From an uncultured delta proteobacterium (lineage in GTDB: Bacteria; Desulfobacterota; Desulfomonilia; UBA1062): a DNA stretch of 64,000 nt. The notes below the pieces were generated by a model. The model did not search any database. It was not told where the DNA came from and saw nothing but the letters and a program-made list of their open reading frames with translations. This document shows, one piece after another, positions 59,822 through 64,000 of this stretch. The DNA lies in the NCBI GenBank assembly GCA_963785235.1, contig CAWAUM010000007.1:224001-288000 (forward strand), in the 5' to 3' direction. The translations under genes and the position numbers were made by a program. Each line of letters opens with the position of its first letter. Position 1 is the first letter of the stretch.

Positions 59822-60604
59822 TCAATTCTTTCCGGCCATCTCTTTGGCAAACACCGCAGCCCCCAGTGCCCCCATGACCTGAGGGTCCACCCTAAGCCTG
59901 CGCATGGGAACGCCCAGCTGTTTTTCCATGGCCTCGAGCACCCCGGCGTTCTTTGCAACACCGCCTGTCATGCACACATCCTTCTCAACACCCACTGACT
60001 TGGCCAGGATTGCAACCCTGGCCGCCATGGCCTGGTTGATGCCGGAAGCCAGGTCTGCCTTTGATGTGTTCGAGTTCAGGTGCATGATGACCTCGGCCTG
60101 GGCCCAGGCCGTGCAGGTGGCAGCCAAGGAGATGGGGTTTCTGGCCTGTGCGGATAGCTTGCCCAGGTCATCGAGCTCCAGGCCCAGGAGCTTTGCCATG
60201 ACCTCGAGGAACCTGCCCGTACCCGAGGCGCACTTGTCATTGGTGATGAACCTGACAATGTTTCCCTTCTCATCGAGGCGGATGGCCTTGCAGTCCTGAC
60301 CCCCGATGTCGATGATGGTCCTCACCGTTTGCAGGAGCCAGTGGGCGCCCTTGGCATGACAGGCGATCTCGGACAGCGTCTTGCCCACAAAGGGTATCCG
60401 CTCCCTGCCGTAGCCGGTCCCTACGCAGAACCCGATGTCCTTCATGGTGAGCCCGGCAGCGCTCAATGCCATATCCATAACCTCAGGGGCGGATTTTTCA
60501 GGATTGAAGGATGATGGGATCAGCGCCTGGCTGATGACACGGGTGTTGTTGAGGATCACCGCCTTGGTGGTGAGTGATCCAACGTCACAGCCTGCTGTGA
60601 TCAT
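59822..60604 (-). CDS. ATP-dependent activase (HgdC/BadFG family)
   Basis: MITAGCDVGS, GTGYGR, NDKCASGTGRF, CTAWAQAE. Confidence 0.92.
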   Translation of the reverse strand: MITAGCDVGSLTTKAVILNNTRVISQALIPSSFNPEKSAPEVMDMALSAAGLTMKDIGFCVGTGYGRERIPFVGKTLSEIACHAKGAHWLLQTVRTIIDIGGQDCKAIRLDEKGNIVRFITNDKCASGTGRFLEVMAKLLGLELDDLGKLSAQARNPISLAATCTAWAQAEVIMHLNSNTSKADLASGINQAMAARVAILAKSVGVEKDVCMTGGVAKNAGVLEAMEKQLGVPMRRLRVDPQVMGALGAAVFAKEMAGKN

Positions 60605-62006
60605 GACGAAATCCCCCTTACGTGCATGAACTCGCTGATCTTGTCCACGCAGTGCTCCCATGATGCGACGCGATCGTCAAAGGCATCGGCAAAGAGCAGC
60701 ATGGTGGGCAGGCCTTCGCGCTCGCAGTCGCGCTGGATGAGTTTGTTCGCGCCCCAGCTGTTGCGGCACCCCATGCTGCCTACATAGACCAGGAAGTCGG
60801 GCTTCATGATCTTGGACATGAAGAGGAGGTCGTCGCGCCACATCCCTGGCGCGTCATACGGTCCCCTGAGCTGTTTGACCATGGGCATGCGGGAGTTGAG
60901 ATCGGCCAGGGAGTCGATCATGGTGTCCAGATTTGATGTGTCTATATGGTAGGTCTCGTCTTCGCGGCCTTTTGTATATTGATGCCCTCATTCCAGAAGT
61001 TGAATATGAGCGTGGGCAGGAGGCTGATATCCTGTGAGTCGACCCATTCCCAGAACCGTGCGTCAGTGGTGTAGTGGTCGATGTAGCACATGAGGAGCCG
61101 CGCCCGTTCCTTTTTTGAGGTCGTGCCGGCATGGCCCTGTGGCTGCATTTTCACGCACAACCTTGAGCATGGATTCCAGCACGGCGGTGTATGCCTTTCT
61201 GCCCGGCATGCTGAGCCTTCCGGCGTAGATGAAAAGGGTGAATATGGGAGGGACCGGGCATGGTTTGAGCCTCATGAGGTCATAGAGTTCGATTGAGAGC
61301 TCGTCCTGGCGCTTCTGCTCTTCAAGGAGTTCTTTCAGCTTGTCTTCGTTCAGCCTGGAGCCTGACTGTTCTTCAATGAAGGAGATAAGGGCCTTGTAGT
61401 CTTTCCGGTGATAGTCGTCGATCCTTTCCCCTGTGAGCTTTGAGGGGAAGTTGAGCTGGAACATGGGGAGGTCGAGGTAGGAGGAGAGAAACTGGACCGC
61501 ATTGGCATTCGTGTCGCAGATGCCGGGAGCTCCGCAGATCAGAAAATCGGGTTTTTCGGCAAGGCCTGCCAGGTATGCCCCGAACGACCCGCGCTGGGCC
61601 GAGCAGGAGGTCTCAGTGAATCCTACCTCGCAGCAATAGTCCATGTACTCCGCCGTGCCCTTTCTCAACGCCAGCGTACCGAATACGGTCATGGTCTCAG
61701 CCCATGCAGGCACCACGTTGTCAAAGGCGAAGAGCAGATGTTTTGCCGAGACAAAGGTTCCGAGGCAGAGCTTTTTGCCCTGTCATGCGCTGTCATGATG
61801 TCGTCGAGGTATTCTGCAAGCATCTTCATGAAGAGCACGCCGGGCTCCCCGTGCTTTAACATCGTATTGCGACGGTCTTGAAGTTCGGTATGACCCGTGG
61901 TCAGGCTTTCATACTCCTTCTGCGTCCCATCAAGGGCCTTGGAAGCGGCACTGAAAATGCTCCAGAGCATCCAGTCGTAGTTATATTCTCTTGTTTCCTT
62001 CTTCAT
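60601..62006 (-). CDS. 2-hydroxyacyl-CoA dehydratase family subunit (3-Cys type); several frameshifts
   Basis: ORF pieces 62006, 61716, 61160 and 60921 join: ETSCSAQRG, GICDTN, SMGCRNSWG, ADAFDDR. Confidence 0.78.
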
Positions 62007-62019
62007 AGACTTTGCCTCC

Positions 62020-62262
62020 TCATACTGCCGACATGCTCAGATGTGCCCCGGACTTGATCCTCTGGATGTAGAGCTTGGAGCGGTCCTTGAGGACCTCCAG
62101 GTCTGTCTTTCGGACAATATATTCCAGTGTCATAACCGCAGAGGTGGGGAACAAGGTGAGTGCATCGATGGCCCGCTGCCTTTCGGCCAGCATTCTTTTG
62201 TCATCCAGCGCTATATCGCGTAAAACTTCTATGGCTATTGTTTCTCTGTCTATCTGGCACAT
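62020..62262 (-). CDS. Small helical hypothetical protein (80 aa)
   Basis: ORF with AAGGAG RBS sitting tightly between two dehydratase-family genes. Confidence 0.6.
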   Translation of the reverse strand: MCQIDRETIAIEVLRDIALDDKRMLAERQRAIDALTLFPTSAVMTLEYIVRKTDLEVLKDRSKLYIQRIKSGAHLSMSAV

Positions 62263-62273
62263 GAGAATCTCCT

Positions 62274-63408
62274 TTATGAAATTCGCTCCATGAATGCATC
62301 GAGACGCATCCTTATCCTTCCCGTCTCCACCAGGGGGCCGTATTCCCTCTCGAGGCGCATGCAGGGGATGCCTGCCGCCTCGAGGTCGCGCTCAAGGACA
62401 CCGTTTTCCGAGCCATGAAGGTCGCAGAAGCGCACATTCTGAAGGATTACGCCGTCTACTGAGGCCTTCTTCACGAGGTCCATGATGTAGGAGCGCCGGT
62501 CCTTGTAGTAGCCGAGCATGCGCGGGCAGATGCTGTTGTGCAGGTAGTGCGATGCAAGGGCATGGACGGGCTCTGCCTTATCGTCCACCAGGCTTGCATA
62601 GGTGCGTGACCCGAAGCACACGGTGTCTGCAACGACAACGGCGCCGCCGTCCTCGATAAGCTGATGAAGTCCAGATCGTCGTTGGCGCTCCCGATGAGCA
62701 TGAGCCGCTTCTTCTGGTCTGACACGGATGGCGCCTTCTCCAGGTCATTAATGATCAGCCTTGAGCATGTGGTTGAATGATTCCCGGGGTATGGCATGGC
62801 CTGCAATGAGGATGGCCATGGCATCCTCTCCCGTGATGGGCACTTCTGTGCGGTACCTGAGCGCATCGATCTTCTGCAGGAGTTCTCTTCCCTCGTTGTA
62901 GACCTTGATGGAATTTCTTCAGTGCCTTTGCCGTGATCTTCACCCCGAAATGTTTCTCAAGGGTTGCGATCATATCCTTGAGCTCGTTCTCGTAGAAATC
63001 GATGCTGTAATCCACCGCCTTGTGGGGCACGGAAAAATATTCATAGTATCCGGGTAGCGTCCCTGGGTAGTCTTCGCTCGCCTTTCTCCAGCACTCCTCG
63101 AGCCTGCGCATGGAGTCGCAGCCGTTACTGATAATGGCTCCGTCTAGGAAGTTGTATGACCCCTGTCCTGCAAGCTGGAGCATGCACTTGGGGAGGCTGC
63201 AGTTTACCGGACCGTAGTAAGAGTCGCCGATGGAGAGGGACGTGGTCCCTATGCCCCGCAGCCTGAAGGGCAGGAGCCCTGCTGCATGAAGGATCTCTTC
63301 GGGGATGAAGGTGCAGGAATAACCGACAATCTTGCCCCCTTCATCCTTGTGCTTCTGTACGAGCTCGCTGCACAAGGTGTTTGCTGCATCTTTCATCTTC
63401 TCGATCAT
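62274..63408 (-). CDS. 2-hydroxyacyl-CoA dehydratase family subunit, six-Cys (double-cubane-type) pattern; several frameshifts
   Basis: GYSCTFIPE, NCSLPK, NGCDSMRR, DTVCFG, ICPRM, RFCDLHG; C-terminal GRIRMRLDAFME. Confidence 0.82.
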
Positions 63409-63983
63409 CTCACACCCCCTGATGAGGGCTGGGTATCGCCTTGGAACTTCGAGACATCGGGGTAATTGCCGTGGCCGGTTGTTTCGTTATCTCCGGTCAA
63501 TTCGGAGATGCCCCTCTTGAGTATGGGCATTAGGGCAGACGCAAGCGGTTTCAATGCCCCTACCACGTCTGGCACCAGCCACTCGGCAGTCCTCACGATA
63601 TCCTGTGTCTTTAAGGAATCGACCACCCCGCTGATGAGATTCGCCACGAGGTCGGGTCTGGCATCATGGATCTTGTTGATGACCCTGCTGGCTGTATTGA
63701 TCAGCTCCGCGGCTTCAAAGGTGTCCAGATCCGTCATACTCTCGCTCACTGCTGCCTTCAGGCCGGTTTCCTCCAGATTCTCAATGAGGGAAAGCCTGCG
63801 GTTCCCGGCCCTGATGCCCGAGCTTTTCACCGCCCCTATGGATGCGATATGGGACAGCAGTATCTGGGGATTGGCAGAGGCTGCATCAGCATACGCATTC
63901 GCTATTGCCTCCTTGTCTTCCGCAAACATGATGCTGACCTTTCTGGCGAGCTCAGGATCAATCTCCTTGAAATACTCACCCAT
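63405..63983 (-). CDS. Helical hypothetical protein (may start beyond the window edge)
   Basis: Open frame of at least 192 aa whose stop overlaps the next start; no motif recognised. Confidence 0.55.
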   Translation of the reverse strand: MGEYFKEIDPELARKVSIMFAEDKEAIANAYADAASANPQILLSHIASIGAVKSSGIRAGNRRLSLIENLEETGLKAAVSESMTDLDTFEAAELINTASRVINKIHDARPDLVANLISGVVDSLKTQDIVRTAEWLVPDVVGALKPLASALMPILKRGISELTGDNETTGHGNYPDVSKFQGDTQPSSGGVR

Positions 63984-64000
63984 GAGATCGGTGAGATACA

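Noticed and set aside
48098-63408. Labelling the cluster benzoyl-CoA reductase or 2-hydroxyglutaryl-CoA dehydratase
   Set aside because: Family membership is clear, but no dch/had/oah ring-cleavage genes or glutaconate pathway genes are in the window and the subunit count does not fit
1-64000. CRISPR arrays, tRNA/rRNA, transposases, cobalamin riboswitch
   Set aside because: No spaced direct-repeat array, RNA-gene signature or transposase motif was recognised, and no B12-box was evident before the mutase or corrinoid genes; a covariance-model search would be needed to exclude RNAs fully

Overview
64 kb from an anaerobic, probably Desulfobacterota-like (deltaproteobacterial) genome. Many genes carry single-base indels, including essential carB, which points to uncorrected sequencing or assembly error rather than pseudogenes. 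After carB-pyrG the window has four parts. (1) A TetR-led minus-strand operon: a ~1000 aa glycyl radical enzyme (GRE) with an extra N-terminal SCP2-like domain, its activase, an SDR, a crotonase, an NDP-forming acyl-CoA synthetase and a radical SAM protein. (2) A fatty-acid cis/trans isomerase, then a second, unclassified GRE (Cys loop NNCMQP) with its activase. (3) A PAS/sigma54 activator and a long operon for anaerobic alkane activation by fumarate addition: mutase subunits, MeaB, MmgE/PrpD, assD-C-A-B, two masE copies, assE, assF, CoA enzymes, mdh and transcarboxylase-like genes. The unclassified GRE and the ass operon share near-identical sigma54 promoters and upstream palindromes. (4) A minus-strand cluster of five 2-hydroxyacyl-CoA dehydratase/benzoyl-CoA reductase-family Fe-S subunits (two with a six-Cys double-cubane-type pattern), three ATP-dependent activases, a corrinoid protein, a Zn-type methyltransferase, a CooC-like ATPase and a truncated acetyl-CoA-synthase-like protein. 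No rRNA, tRNA, CRISPR array or transposase was recognised. All family assignments come from motif recognition by eye; no database search was run.
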